Source of the DNA: Parasynechococcus marenigrum WH 8102
GTDB lineage: Bacteria; Cyanobacteriota; Cyanobacteriia; PCC-6307; Cyanobiaceae
Length of the DNA: 32,000 nucleotides
Direction of reading: 5' to 3'
Assembly (NCBI RefSeq): GCF_000195975.1
Contig: NC_005070.1
Coordinates: forward strand, 2,160,001-2,192,000
In this document: in pieces, positions 9,571 to 19,361 of the stretch
Position numbering within the stretch: the stretch's first letter is position 1
Layout of the letters: the number at the start of each line of letters is the position of its first letter
The notes under the pieces: model-generated
The model's database searches: none
Seen by the model: the letters and a program-made list of their open reading frames with translations, nothing else
What the model was told of the DNA's origin: nothing
Program-made: the position numbers and the translations under genes

Positions 9571-10214
9571 GCCTCGCCCTCCTGGGTTGTACCGGTGGAT
9601 TGTCCCTCATTCTTGGCACCAACCTTTGCAGGGGGTGCCAGGGTTTCAAGCACCTGTGAGGGAAGCTGTCCCGCACGGGGACGATCGTTCGGCACGCCAT
9701 GGGGGTCCATCTCACCGGCGGGGAGATAGGCGAGCTCACGCAGTGGCTGCACCGAAGGGTCGGTGGTCACGCTCGTTGGCAAGCGACCCAAAGCAACGTT
9801 GTCGTAGTTGAGGCTGTGGCGATCAAAGGCTGCCAATTCGTACTCCTCCGTCATCGACAGGCAGTTGGTGGGGCAGTACTCCACGCAGTTACCGCAGAAG
9901 ATGCAGACTCCGAAGTCGATGGAGTAATTGCGCAGCTCCTTCTTCTTCGTCGCCTTGTTCATCACCCAATCGACCACCGGCAGGTTGATCGGGCAGACCC
10001 GAACACACACCTCACAGGCGATGCACTTGTCGAATTCGTAGTGGATCCGGCCGCGGTACCGCTCGGAAGGAATCAGCTTTTCGTAGGGGTACTGCACCGT
10101 CACCGGACGGCGCTTCATGTGGTCGAAGGTGACCGAAAAGCCTTGCGCCAGGTTGCGGGCGGCATCCACGGCATCCCGCGTGTAGTCACCGACCTGTTTG
10201 AGAAATCCGAACAT
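9567..10214 (-). CDS. ndhI: NDH-1 subunit I, NdhI (2x[4Fe-4S] ferredoxin-type), with a C-terminal extension.
   Basis: Two CxxCxxCxxxCP motifs are present: '[12 protein letters not shown]' and '[12 protein letters not shown]'. Confidence 0.93.
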   Translation of the reverse strand: MFGFLKQVGDYTRDAVDAARNLAQGFSVTFDHMKRRPVTVQYPYEKLIPSERYRGRIHYEFDKCIACEVCVRVCPINLPVVDWVMNKATKKKELRNYSIDFGVCIFCGNCVEYCPTNCLSMTEEYELAAFDRHSLNYDNVALGRLPTSVTTDPSVQPLRELAYLPAGEMDPHGVPNDRPRAGQLPSQVLETLAPPAKVGAKNEGQSTGTTQEGEA

Positions 10215-10288
10215 GGCGAGAAGCCTGGAAGAGAGCGAGAGTCAGATCACCGAATCCATGATGGCCGGTGCAGAACGATCCAGAGGGA

Positions 10289-11410
10289 TCAACCGCCGAA
10301 AGCCACGGGGAACGCCAGTTTCAGAGCGGCGGTCACCAGGAGATTGACCAGAGACAAAGGAAGCAGGAATTTCCAGCCCAGATCCAACAGCTGGTCGATA
10401 CGAACCCGGGGGGTGGTCCAGCGCAGCAGGATGGCCACAAACACCAGCAAGTAGGCCTTCAGCACTGTCATCACGATGCCAACGGATCCCGTGATCACCT
10501 GAATCACCGGTGCATCGATCGGCTGGTTCAACCAGCCCGCCAGCCATTCCACGGGGATCGGAAAACCCCAGCCCCCGAGATAGAGAACGGAAACCAGAAC
10601 AGCCGAGAGCACCAGGTTGATGTAACCAGCCAGGTAGAAGAGGGCGAATTTCATGCCGGCGTACTCGGTCTGGTAGCCAGCCACTAGCTCCTCTTCAGCT
10701 TCAGGAAGATCGAAGGGAAGGCGTTCGCACTCGGCCAGGGCACAGATCCAGAAGATCAGGAAGCCCACGGGTTGGCGCCAGATGTTCCAACTCAGGATGC
10801 CGGCGCCAGTTTGCTGACCGACGATGTCAACCGTGCTGAGCGAATTGCTCATCATCACGATGGCCAGCACAGCAAGCGCCAGGGGGATTTCGTAGCTGAT
10901 CGACTGAGCCGCAGCCCGAAGACCACCGAGCAACGAGTACTTGTTGTTGGAGGCATAACCACTCATCAACAGGCCAATCGGCTGAATGCTGCTGAACGCG
11001 ATCCACAGAAAAATGCCGACCCCGACGTTGCTGATCAGCAGGTTCTGACCGAAGGGGATGATCAGCCAGGAGATGATCACAGGGATCACCACCAACACAG
11101 GGCCGAGGGTGAACAGGAGGCTGTCGGCTCGAGCCGGAATGATGTCCTCCTTCACCAGCAGTTTGAGGCCATCGGCGAGGGGCTGAAGCACACCAAGGGC
11201 ACCGGCGTATTCGGGTCCGATCCGCTGTTGCACCGCCGCAGAAATCTTGCGCTCGAGCCAAACCGACACCAGCACGCCAACGACTGCAGCCACCAGCACC
11301 AGCAGCATCGGGAGAGGCAGCCAGAGCAGCCTTGCGGCCTGCTCCGACAGGCCAAATCCCTGAAGCGCCTGGCTGAAACTCAGTTCAAGGTCCAGTCCCG
11401 GACTCACCAT
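10289..11410 (-). CDS. ndhA: NDH-1 subunit 1, NdhA (NuoH).
   Basis: 373 aa with '[18 protein letters not shown]', '[31 protein letters not shown]' (NuoH signature). Confidence 0.93.
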   Translation of the reverse strand: MVSPGLDLELSFSQALQGFGLSEQAARLLWLPLPMLLVLVAAVVGVLVSVWLERKISAAVQQRIGPEYAGALGVLQPLADGLKLLVKEDIIPARADSLLFTLGPVLVVIPVIISWLIIPFGQNLLISNVGVGIFLWIAFSSIQPIGLLMSGYASNNKYSLLGGLRAAAQSISYEIPLALAVLAIVMMSNSLSTVDIVGQQTGAGILSWNIWRQPVGFLIFWICALAECERLPFDLPEAEEELVAGYQTEYAGMKFALFYLAGYINLVLSAVLVSVLYLGGWGFPIPVEWLAGWLNQPIDAPVIQVITGSVGIVMTVLKAYLLVFVAILLRWTTPRVRIDQLLDLGWKFLLPLSLVNLLVTAALKLAFPVAFGG

Positions 11411-11434
11411 GGTGTCGACTGAAGTCCTTGCAAC

Positions 11435-12625
11435 TTAAGCGGCCGGAGCGGTGACACGCTCATCTATGGGCATCCACGCGCGTAGCTGGGAGCCCGAATA
11501 AATCTGAGAGGGCCGGAAAATGCGATTGGCCCCGAGCTGCTCCCGCCAATGGGCCAGCCAGCCAGCCACGCGTGCGATGGCGAACACCGGCGTGAACAAA
11601 TCCCTCGGGATGCCGAGCTTCCGGTACACCAGGCCTGAATAGAAATCGACGTTGGGGTAGATGCCTTTGGGCCCGAGGCGGGACTCCGCCTCCCGCTCGA
11701 TGGCCACCGCTACGTCGTAGAGCTCATCGTGGCCAAAGCGGGCGAACATCTCCTCCACCAAGGCCTGAAGAATCACCGCACGGGGATCCTTCACCTTGTA
11801 TTCACGGTGGCCGAAACCCATGATCTTGCGCTTGGCGGCCATGGCTTCATCGAGATAGGCGCCGGCGTTCTCGGCTGTTCCCACCTCTTCCAGCATCGCC
11901 AGCACATCTTCATTAGCTCCCCCATGCAGAGGTCCGGCAAGGGTGCCCACCGCCGAGGCCACCACGGCGTAGGGATCGGTGAGTGTGCTGGCGGTGACGC
12001 GGGCGCTGAAGGTGCTGGCGTTGAGGCTGTGCTCGGCGTGAAGCATCAGGCAACGGTCGAAGATGCGTGCCGCCAGAGGATCCGGCTCACGCTCGGTGAG
12101 CATGTAGAGGAAATTGGCGGAGTAGGCCAGGTCGTCGCGGGGCTGAATCGGATCCTGGCCCTTCCGAATCAGCTGGAAGGCCGCAACCATCGTGGGGATC
12201 TTGGCGATCAGCCGCACCACCGCGTCATACACGTACTGCGGATCGTCGATGGCCCGACGGGAATAGAACAGCCCCAGGGATGCTGCGCTGGATTGCAGCG
12301 CATCCATCGGATGCCCACTTGCGGGGAAACACTTCATCATGTCTCGCACCCGGAAGCTCACCCGCCGGTGCATCTGTACGGCGTGCTCGAACTCCGCCAG
12401 CTGATCGCGGCTGGGTAGCTCCCCCCAGATCAGCAAAAAGGCTGTCTCCAGGAAGCTGCTGTTGGCCGCCAGGTCCTGCATTGGATAGCCGCGGTAGGTC
12501 AACAGCCCCTGCTCGCCATCGATGTCACAGATGGCGGACTGGGTGGCCGGTACACCATCCAGACCGGGTCGAAGTTCGATGCCTGTCCGCGCATGGCGCA
12601 GGTCCCCTGACTGCTTCTGAGCCAC
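11435..12625 (-). CDS. gltA: Citrate synthase.
   Basis: 396 aa with 'LMLHAEHSLNASTF', 'GPLHGGANE' and 'MGFGHREYK..DPR', which are catalytic His/Asp-containing citrate synthase motifs. Confidence 0.92.
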   Translation of the reverse strand: MAQKQSGDLRHARTGIELRPGLDGVPATQSAICDIDGEQGLLTYRGYPMQDLAANSSFLETAFLLIWGELPSRDQLAEFEHAVQMHRRVSFRVRDMMKCFPASGHPMDALQSSAASLGLFYSRRAIDDPQYVYDAVVRLIAKIPTMVAAFQLIRKGQDPIQPRDDLAYSANFLYMLTEREPDPLAARIFDRCLMLHAEHSLNASTFSARVTASTLTDPYAVVASAVGTLAGPLHGGANEDVLAMLEEVGTAENAGAYLDEAMAAKRKIMGFGHREYKVKDPRAVILQALVEEMFARFGHDELYDVAVAIEREAESRLGPKGIYPNVDFYSGLVYRKLGIPRDLFTPVFAIARVAGWLAHWREQLGANRIFRPSQIYSGSQLRAWMPIDERVTAPAA

Positions 12626-12664
12626 CGCCGCGTCGTCGCTGTTGGCAAACCTAAGCCGGCCGGC

Positions 12665-13150
12665 TCAGATTCCCAGGCTGCCCAGCAGCAGTTTCGGCCG
12701 CAGCAGGCCCTCGAGCGTCCAGCCCCCAGGCCCGAACCGAAGCTGCACCACTCCGGCCTTTCGGATCCGCAGGGATCCAGGCGGCAGCCCCAGCAGGTCA
12801 CAGGCCAACAAGCCAAGGTCCGGTTCATGGCCCACCAGGGCAACGCAACCGCTGTGGTCGTTGAGCACCTCAGCGACAGGTCCGCCGGGGCAGAGCCGCT
12901 CGTCACTGTCCAGCACAGGGGCCAGGCCAGCCTGCAGTGCGATCTGTGCTGTCTCCAGCGACCGGTCATAAGGACTGGTGACCAACCGATCCAGCCGCAG
13001 ACCACCCGCCACCAATGCCTCCATCACCGCCTGGGTGCGGCGGCGTCCCCTCGGCGTCAGCGGCCGATCGGAGGCATCTCGCCCCTCAACCCGTTCGACG
13101 GCGATGCCGTGGCGCAGCAGCACCAGCTCAACCAAGCTCGAGTCGGGCAT
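12665..13150 (-). CDS. sixA: Phosphohistidine phosphatase SixA-like (histidine phosphatase superfamily).
   Basis: 'VELVLLRHGIA' is the RHG catalytic motif, and 'VALVGHEPDL' is a second His motif. ATG 13150 is preferred over the upstream start at 13177. The 5' end overlaps the upstream gene's 3' end by 23 nt. Confidence 0.75.
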   Translation of the reverse strand: MPDSSLVELVLLRHGIAVERVEGRDASDRPLTPRGRRRTQAVMEALVAGGLRLDRLVTSPYDRSLETAQIALQAGLAPVLDSDERLCPGGPVAEVLNDHSGCVALVGHEPDLGLLACDLLGLPPGSLRIRKAGVVQLRFGPGGWTLEGLLRPKLLLGSLGI

Positions 13151-14702
13151 GCAGAGGAAGAACAGACCGGCCTTCATCCTGACGATCGGCCTCCAGGCTG
13201 AGGCTGAGCCCCTGGATCCGTGGCTGAAGGGTCTGTCCAGCCATGGCCTGCAGCAAGGTCCAGGGCTGCCAGTCCGCTAGCACGGTTCGGGCCGGTTTGG
13301 AAGCCAGCATCAATGACTGGGCCGGGTTGGACTGGTGGTTGCTGAGGTTGCGCCATTGCTGCACGCGTGGTTCCAAAGCCCGACTGTCCTGCCGCTGCAC
13401 AAGTGATGGCAGGGTTTCACCCCACCAATCGCGATCGCTGTCAGCGGATCGCGCCACCGCCAGGCTGGCCTCCACACCAGCGCTGCGGCCCCGTTGCCGC
13501 TTCAGACGGGTCCACACCTGAATCGATTCACCATCACCGCTCAGATCGGACTGGGCCAGACCCTGGGCCTTGAGCTGGTCGTCCACCGCTGACAGCTCAG
13601 GCTGGCTATGGCTTGTGGCCAGCAGCCAGCCCTCGGGCTGTTGCTGCAGCAGCAATGGCCCTTCATCCAGCTCCAGCAGAGCCAGGGCCGCCGGCTGTTG
13701 AGCAAGGTGCCGCTTGAGAACGGGACCCAGCCACTGCGCCAGGGGGTGAAGCTCATCCGGATCGAGCAGACGGCTTGGGTCCTGCAGCTGAGCCATCAGG
13801 CTGGCGCGACCGCCTGAACCCCCTACGAGATCCTGCTGGACAGTCCAGGGTGCAGCGTCAATCCGCTCCTGCCAGCGCAGCCGGCCCTCCACCAGCAGAT
13901 CAGCGTTGTCCGCCTGCAGGGCAGCCACCATCCCCTCCAGCCCGCTCAGGGCCGATGGCAGCTCAAACCACCGCCTCAATGCATCAGGGGATGCCGTGAT
14001 CAATGCCATCCCATGGTCCAGCTCAGCAATGTCCCGCCCCAGCTGCGCATCCCCGAGCTGATGCTGCTCCTGCAGCTGAGACACATCCAGGGCTCGCTCC
14101 AGCACCCCCCGCCCCGAGGCCAACAGGACCAGGTCATCGTCAATCAGGGCCGTCGCCAGAGGCTGCGGGTCCCGTCCCACCAGGGCACCACGGCCACTGA
14201 TCAGTCCCATGCCGCGGTAACTGCTGATCTGCAGATCGGTTCCCGCCAGGCTGCGGGTCTGCCAGAAGCGCTGCAGAAAGCGGCGGGCCCCATCGCTGTC
14301 CGTGCTCGTCAACGCCAGCACCCAACCCGGCGTATCACTGGCATCCAGCAGGGTGAGGCTGAGGTCCGGACCAACCCAGCTGGCGAGTTCGGCGTCGAAG
14401 TCGAGCCCTGCCAACGCGAAGGCACCATCACGCCACTGACGCATCCCGTCCCGGGCCGCCCGCCGCTGCCGCGGCGGCGCCACAGCCTGGGCATAGGCCG
14501 GAAGACGCGCACTGTCGGCCAGCCAATGCACGGACAGGGCGGCATCACGGGGAACAAAACGGGCCGCTCGCGGCAGTTGCAGCGGTTGATCCACCAGGTG
14601 CAGCGGACTGCGCCGTTCCAGCCCCCAAAGCAAGCCGGTGGTCACCAGCACCAGGGAGAGCAGGGCAGCGGCCAGGGCCGTCAGAAAGGAGCGGGCCTGC
14701 AT
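13128..14702 (-). CDS. Conserved cyanobacterial membrane-anchored hypothetical protein, possibly DUF3352 family.
   Basis: Long ORF with an N-terminal TM anchor, 'RSFLTALAAALLSLVLVTTGLLWGL'. ATG 14702 is preferred over 14741. The family assignment is from memory and unverified. Confidence 0.6.
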   Translation of the reverse strand: MQARSFLTALAAALLSLVLVTTGLLWGLERRSPLHLVDQPLQLPRAARFVPRDAALSVHWLADSARLPAYAQAVAPPRQRRAARDGMRQWRDGAFALAGLDFDAELASWVGPDLSLTLLDASDTPGWVLALTSTDSDGARRFLQRFWQTRSLAGTDLQISSYRGMGLISGRGALVGRDPQPLATALIDDDLVLLASGRGVLERALDVSQLQEQHQLGDAQLGRDIAELDHGMALITASPDALRRWFELPSALSGLEGMVAALQADNADLLVEGRLRWQERIDAAPWTVQQDLVGGSGGRASLMAQLQDPSRLLDPDELHPLAQWLGPVLKRHLAQQPAALALLELDEGPLLLQQQPEGWLLATSHSQPELSAVDDQLKAQGLAQSDLSGDGESIQVWTRLKRQRGRSAGVEASLAVARSADSDRDWWGETLPSLVQRQDSRALEPRVQQWRNLSNHQSNPAQSLMLASKPARTVLADWQPWTLLQAMAGQTLQPRIQGLSLSLEADRQDEGRSVLPLHARLELG

Positions 14703-14755
14703 GGGCCTGCAGTGTCGGATGACGTCATCTTTGTCCATCACCGCAGAATGGCGCC

Positions 14756-15109
14756 ATGGAAGCGCTCACCCCACGACCGATTCAGGCCCGGGATCTGCAG
14801 TCCTGGCTGCAGGACGACCGTCCCGATCCCCTGCTGGTGGACGTACGGGAGGACGCGGAACTGGATCTGGCCCGCTTCCCTGCGGACGTGTTGCATTGGC
14901 CTCTGAGCCGTTCCGACGCCTGGCTGGAGTCCGTACCGCAACAGATGGCGGATGGCCGACCGGTGGTGGTGATCTGCCATGCGGGCGTGCGCAGCCTCCA
15001 TCTCGGACTGTGGCTGCTGCAACAGATGCCGGAGCTGGAGGTGTGGAACCTTGAGGGGGGAATTGATGCCTGGAGCGTGCACGTGGATTCGTCGGTTCCC
15101 CGTTACTGA
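14756..15109 (+). CDS. Single-domain rhodanese (sulfurtransferase).
   Basis: 117 aa. The active-site loop is 'CHAGVRS' (Cys-X4-Arg), with a 'GGIDAW' tail. Its TGA shares one nt with the hrcA ATG (TGATG at 15107-15111). Confidence 0.85.
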   Translation: MEALTPRPIQARDLQSWLQDDRPDPLLVDVREDAELDLARFPADVLHWPLSRSDAWLESVPQQMADGRPVVVICHAGVRSLHLGLWLLQQMPELEVWNLEGGIDAWSVHVDSSVPRY

Positions 15110-16083
15110 TGAAACCGCTGTCCGCCCGGCAACAACAGGTGCTGCAGGCCACGGTGCACCACTACGTGGACACGATGGAACCGGTGGGCAGCCGCACGCT
15201 GGTGCAGCGATTCGGTATTCCCGCCAGCTCCGCTACGGTCCGCTCGGCCATGGGTGCCCTGGAGAAACGGGGTCTGCTGACCCAGCCCCACACATCAGCG
15301 GGCCGCATTCCCAGCGCCCTGGGCTACCGCTGTTATGTGGACGACCTGCTGCCGGAACCGGGGGTGGCTGTGCAGCACCTGGAGCGGGAACTCACAGGCC
15401 TGAGCCTGCGCTGGGCAGCACTGGACGACCTGCTGCAGCAACTGGCCCGGCGCCTGACCGACTTCACCGGGCTGATGAGCCTGATCACCCGCCCGCAGCA
15501 ACCCCGCGCACAGCTGGAGGCCATCCGCCTGGTGCAGAGCGGTGATCGGCTGCTGGTGATGCTGGTGGAGGACAGCGGCCGCGCCAGCCACCTCAACCTG
15601 CGCCTACCGCCCGGTGCCAGCGACGAACTGACGGCCATAGAGCGCTGGACCGATCAGCAACTGGAGGACGGCAGCATCAACTGGCGGTCTTTGCCACCCC
15701 AGCTGCAACGCAGTGGCGACGTGCTGCGCAGCGCACTGGACCATCCATCGATGTCACCCGAGACGCCCCTCGTGGTGCATGGCCTCTCCAGGCTGGTTGC
15801 CGAGCCGGAATTCCACAGCACGGCAGAGCTGCGGCCACTGCTGGAGCTGATTGATGACCAGCCCTGTGCCGTGGTGAGCGCCACCGATCAACCGGGCGTC
15901 TGGATCGGTGAGGAGCATCCCCAGAAGGCCCTGCAAGCCTGTTCGGTGGTCCAGGCCCCATATCGCTGCGGTCAGGAAGGGGTGGGTCAGGTGGCGTTGG
16001 TGGGTCCGATGCGGATGGCTTACGCCACCGCTCACGCCGCCGTGCAGCGGGTAGCCCGCCACCTCGACCTGCTGCTCAACTGA
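15109..16083 (+). CDS. hrcA: Heat-inducible transcription repressor HrcA.
   Basis: 'LSARQQQVLQATVHHYVDTMEPVGSRTL' is the conserved winged-helix N-terminus of HrcA, and 'GPMRM.Y' lies near the C-terminus. Confidence 0.9.
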   Translation: MKPLSARQQQVLQATVHHYVDTMEPVGSRTLVQRFGIPASSATVRSAMGALEKRGLLTQPHTSAGRIPSALGYRCYVDDLLPEPGVAVQHLERELTGLSLRWAALDDLLQQLARRLTDFTGLMSLITRPQQPRAQLEAIRLVQSGDRLLVMLVEDSGRASHLNLRLPPGASDELTAIERWTDQQLEDGSINWRSLPPQLQRSGDVLRSALDHPSMSPETPLVVHGLSRLVAEPEFHSTAELRPLLELIDDQPCAVVSATDQPGVWIGEEHPQKALQACSVVQAPYRCGQEGVGQVALVGPMRMAYATAHAAVQRVARHLDLLLN

Positions 16084-16089
16084 GCCGAA

Positions 16090-17346
16090 TTAGAGCTGAT
16101 CCCCCAGCTTTTCGGCCACGGTGTTGACGTCCTTGTCGCCACGACCGGAGCAGTTGATCACCACCTCGCTGCCGTCGGGCAAGGTGGGGCAGAGCTGCTC
16201 CAGCCAGGCGAAGGCGTGGGCAGTCTCCAGGGCGGGAATGATGCCCTCCAGCTCGCTGACCAGACGCAGGGCACCCAGGGCCTGCTGATCGGTGACAGCG
16301 CCGTACTCGGCCCGTCCGATCTCACGCAGATAGCTGTGCTCTGGACCCACGCCGGGATAATCGAGTCCAGCACTGATGGAATGGGCTTCCTGCACCTGGC
16401 CGTCGGAGTCCTGGAGCAGCAGGCTCATGGCGCCATGGAGCACCCCGGCGCGGCCTTCGGTGATCGTGGCGGCATGGCGACCGGTGGCCACGCCATCACC
16501 GGCGGCCTCGACACCGATCAAACGAACATTGGTGCATTCCACGAAGGGGTGGAACAGCCCCATGGCATTGGAGCCACCGCCCACGCAGGCCATCAGCACA
16601 TCCGGCAGGCGCCCGAAGGCCTCGCGGCACTGCTGACGGGCTTCCTGGCCGATCACGGCATGGAAATCCCGCACAAGCATGGGGTAGGGATGCGGGCCAG
16701 CAACGGAACCGAGAATGTAGTGGGTGGATTCCACGTTGGTGACCCAGTCGCGGATCGCTTCGCTGGTGGCGTCCTTGAGGGTGGCGGTGCCGGCCGTGAC
16801 CGGTTGAACCGTGGCCCCCAGCAGGCGCATTCGGAACACATTGAGGGCCTGACGGCGCATGTCCTCAGCGCCCATATAAATCACGCACTCGAGGCCGAAA
16901 CGGGCGCAGACGGTGGCGGTGGCCACCCCGTGCTGGCCGGCACCGGTTTCCGCAATGATCCGCTTCTTGCCCATGCGCAGGGCTAGCAACGCCTGACCAA
17001 GGGCATTGTTGATCTTGTGGGCTCCGGTGTGATTCAGGTCCTCACGCTTCAGCCAGATGCGGGGGCCGCCGTCGGCGCGGCGGTAATGGGCCGTGAGGCG
17101 TTCAGCTTCATAGAGAGGTGTGGCCCGACCGACATAGTTCTTGAGCAGCTGGTTGAGTTCTGCGGTGAAGGCTGGGTCGTTCCAGGCCTGGGCCGCCGCC
17201 TGTTCCAGCTCCGCCAGGGCCGGCATCAGGGTCTCCGGAACGTACTGCCCACCGAAGCGACCGAAGCGTCCGTGGGCTCCAGGACGCACGGAAGGTTGCA
17301 GACTGGCGGGATCCGGAGTGCTGGCGTTCGGCAGGGTGCTGGTCAC
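16090..17346 (-). CDS. trpB: Tryptophan synthase beta chain.
   Basis: '[15 protein letters not shown]', '[11 protein letters not shown]' (PLP lysine) and 'GGGSNAMG' are present. GTG 17346 gives 418 aa. The 40-codon upstream extension to 17466 looks non-native. Confidence 0.92.
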   Translation of the reverse strand: MTSTLPNASTPDPASLQPSVRPGAHGRFGRFGGQYVPETLMPALAELEQAAAQAWNDPAFTAELNQLLKNYVGRATPLYEAERLTAHYRRADGGPRIWLKREDLNHTGAHKINNALGQALLALRMGKKRIIAETGAGQHGVATATVCARFGLECVIYMGAEDMRRQALNVFRMRLLGATVQPVTAGTATLKDATSEAIRDWVTNVESTHYILGSVAGPHPYPMLVRDFHAVIGQEARQQCREAFGRLPDVLMACVGGGSNAMGLFHPFVECTNVRLIGVEAAGDGVATGRHAATITEGRAGVLHGAMSLLLQDSDGQVQEAHSISAGLDYPGVGPEHSYLREIGRAEYGAVTDQQALGALRLVSELEGIIPALETAHAFAWLEQLCPTLPDGSEVVINCSGRGDKDVNTVAEKLGDQL

Positions 17347-17371
17347 AGGGGATCCACAGCAAAACGATGTG

Positions 17372-18331
17372 TCAGCGTAGGCACGCGATGACACGATGCA
17401 GTGGGTCGCAGGCGCTGATGCTGAAATCGTGAAATCCAGCTTGAGCCAATGCAGCAGCCATATCAAGGCTGAAGTAACCCTCGATGTAAGGCTCAGTGCT
17501 TTTGAGCAGTGTTGCCACTGGAGCGGGTAGGCGCTGGAGCACAGAAGACGACGGATCTTGATCCACCATCACCAGAACACCGCCAGGACGAAGTAACCGC
17601 GCCGCCTCCCTAAGCACCGCGCGGGTGGCCGACTGAGGCAATTCATGGCAAACGAACTGAAGACTGATCAAATCGATGGATCCCTCCTCAAGCCCAGTCG
17701 CTTCTGCTGCTGCGTGACGCCATTCCGACACAAAACCCTCGCTGTCACGCACCCGGGCCACAGCCAACATTTGAGGTGATAAATCCAGTCCAATCACGAC
17801 TGGCCTTGACTCAGACTGTTTTTCGGCCCGACTGAACAACCAACGCGCAAGCGCCTGGGTGCTGACACCCACGGAACAGCCGAGGTCCAGCACCTGGTGT
17901 AGCCGTGCATTCAGAAGCGGCTCCACAGCAACATGGATGGCGTCACGCAGTTTTTGTTGTGCATCGTCTGGCGTGAGCTGCTGCTCCGGCCAGACCCTCA
18001 GCGCCATTGCATCGGTGGCCTGCTCGGCTTCAGCAGCGGCCTGCAAGCAGAGATTGCCCTGCTCGTAAGCATGGAAGCGAGCGCAGTAGTAGGCCGGTGG
18101 TTTCAGGCCCAGGGTGGTGCTAATGGCTACAAGCGGTTGCGCCACCCTCCGCAGATGCTCCCGGCGTTGACGCCAAAGAATCCCGTTGCGTTCGGCCGTT
18201 CGAATGATCAGTTGCCGGGCCTGAAAGAACAGGGGGCACCTGAACAAGCTGATGCGGATCAGAGCCTCGATCAAACGGCCAAGGCCACGACTGGAGTCGG
18301 CCCAGCGAGGCGATTCTGCGGTGTTAGTCAT
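17372..18331 (-). CDS. SAM-dependent methyltransferase (class I, UbiE/COQ5-like).
   Basis: '[12 protein letters not shown]' is SAM motif I and '[11 protein letters not shown]' is the post-II motif. ATG 18331 ([10 protein letters not shown]...) is preferred over 18451. Confidence 0.75.
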   Translation of the reverse strand: MTNTAESPRWADSSRGLGRLIEALIRISLFRCPLFFQARQLIIRTAERNGILWRQRREHLRRVAQPLVAISTTLGLKPPAYYCARFHAYEQGNLCLQAAAEAEQATDAMALRVWPEQQLTPDDAQQKLRDAIHVAVEPLLNARLHQVLDLGCSVGVSTQALARWLFSRAEKQSESRPVVIGLDLSPQMLAVARVRDSEGFVSEWRHAAAEATGLEEGSIDLISLQFVCHELPQSATRAVLREAARLLRPGGVLVMVDQDPSSSVLQRLPAPVATLLKSTEPYIEGYFSLDMAAALAQAGFHDFSISACDPLHRVIACLR

Positions 18332-18361
18332 TGAGAATGGGCCAATGTTGAGACAGGGCAG

Positions 18362-18685
18362 ATGCCAAAGGGCGGCTGGCAGGAATTCAGCACCAGTGAA
18401 AGTCTGCAGCGAACGACCCCGGCGACCGAGCTGACGCCGAAAACACAGCAAATGGTGCGCGTGCAGCCCACCCGTGGCGGCAAGGGCGGCAAGACCGTCA
18501 CGATGATTCGCGGTTTGGAGCTGGACGCAGCTGGGTTCAAGGCCCTGCTCAAGAAACTGAAAACCAGGATCGGCAGCGGCGGCACCGCCAAGGACGGCGT
18601 AATCGAACTGCAGGGGGATCAGGTGGAGCTGGCCCTGGACCTGCTGACCAAGGAGGGCTACCGCCCAAAGCGCGCTGGTGGTTAA
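18362..18685 (+). CDS. SUI1/YciH-family translation initiation factor.
   Basis: 107 aa with '[20 protein letters not shown]' and '[17 protein letters not shown]', typical of the bacterial SUI1 (eIF1-like) domain. Confidence 0.85.
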   Translation: MPKGGWQEFSTSESLQRTTPATELTPKTQQMVRVQPTRGGKGGKTVTMIRGLELDAAGFKALLKKLKTRIGSGGTAKDGVIELQGDQVELALDLLTKEGYRPKRAGG

Positions 18686-18716
18686 GGGAGAATGGCGCCC
18701 ACTTCAGCCCGTCCCC

Positions 18717-19361
18717 ATGTCCGCCAGCCCCACCTACGGAGAGCTCACCAACCAGGGGGCGTCCACCAACATCGCCTGGCACCAGGCTTCGGTGGATCGG
18801 GCTGCACGGGCTGAGCAGCGCGGTCATCGCAGCGCCATCCTCTGGTTCACCGGGCTCTCCGGGTCCGGCAAAAGCACCCTGGCCAATGCCGTCAACGCCG
18901 CTCTGTTCCAACGGGGCCTGGCGACCTACGTGCTGGATGGTGACAACGTCCGCCACGGCCTCTGCAAGGACCTGGGCTTTTCCGATGCCGATCGCGAAGA
19001 GAACATCCGTCGCATCGGCGAGGTGGCCAAGTTGTTCCTGGACTCGGGCGTCATCGTGCTGACGGCCTTCGTGTCCCCCTTCCGCGCCGACCGGGACAAG
19101 GCCCGCGCCTTGGTGGACGACGGTGATTTTATCGAAATCCACTGCGCCGCGGATCTGGAGGTCTGCGAATCCCGCGATCCCAAGGGTCTCTACGCCAAGG
19201 CTCGTGCCGGCCAGATCAAGGAATTCACCGGCATCTCCAGCCCCTACGAAGCGCCACAGGCCGCAGAACTGAAGATCGACACCGGCAGCCAGGAGCTGGC
19301 TGAATCGGTTGACCTGGTGATCAAGGCCCTGCAGGAACGGGGGGTGATTCCGGCGGCTTGA
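18717..19361 (+). CDS. cysC: Adenylylsulfate (APS) kinase, which produces PAPS.
   Basis: '[16 protein letters not shown]' is the P-loop; '[10 protein letters not shown]' and 'FVSPF..DR' are APS kinase motifs. ATG 18717 is preferred over GTG 18678. Confidence 0.92.
   Translation: MSASPTYGELTNQGASTNIAWHQASVDRAARAEQRGHRSAILWFTGLSGSGKSTLANAVNAALFQRGLATYVLDGDNVRHGLCKDLGFSDADREENIRRIGEVAKLFLDSGVIVLTAFVSPFRADRDKARALVDDGDFIEIHCAADLEVCESRDPKGLYAKARAGQIKEFTGISSPYEAPQAAELKIDTGSQELAESVDLVIKALQERGVIPAA

Noticed and set aside
14013-14906. 297-aa plus-strand ORF antisense to the DUF3352-like gene and overlapping the rhodanese start.
   Set aside because: The sequence is low-complexity and rich in Pro, Arg, Gln and Gly, and it conflicts with two better-supported genes.
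17347-17466. N-terminal 40-codon extension of trpB ([17 protein letters not shown]...).
   Set aside because: It overlaps the 3' end of the upstream methyltransferase gene. TrpB homology starts right after GTG 17346, which gives a standard 418-aa protein.
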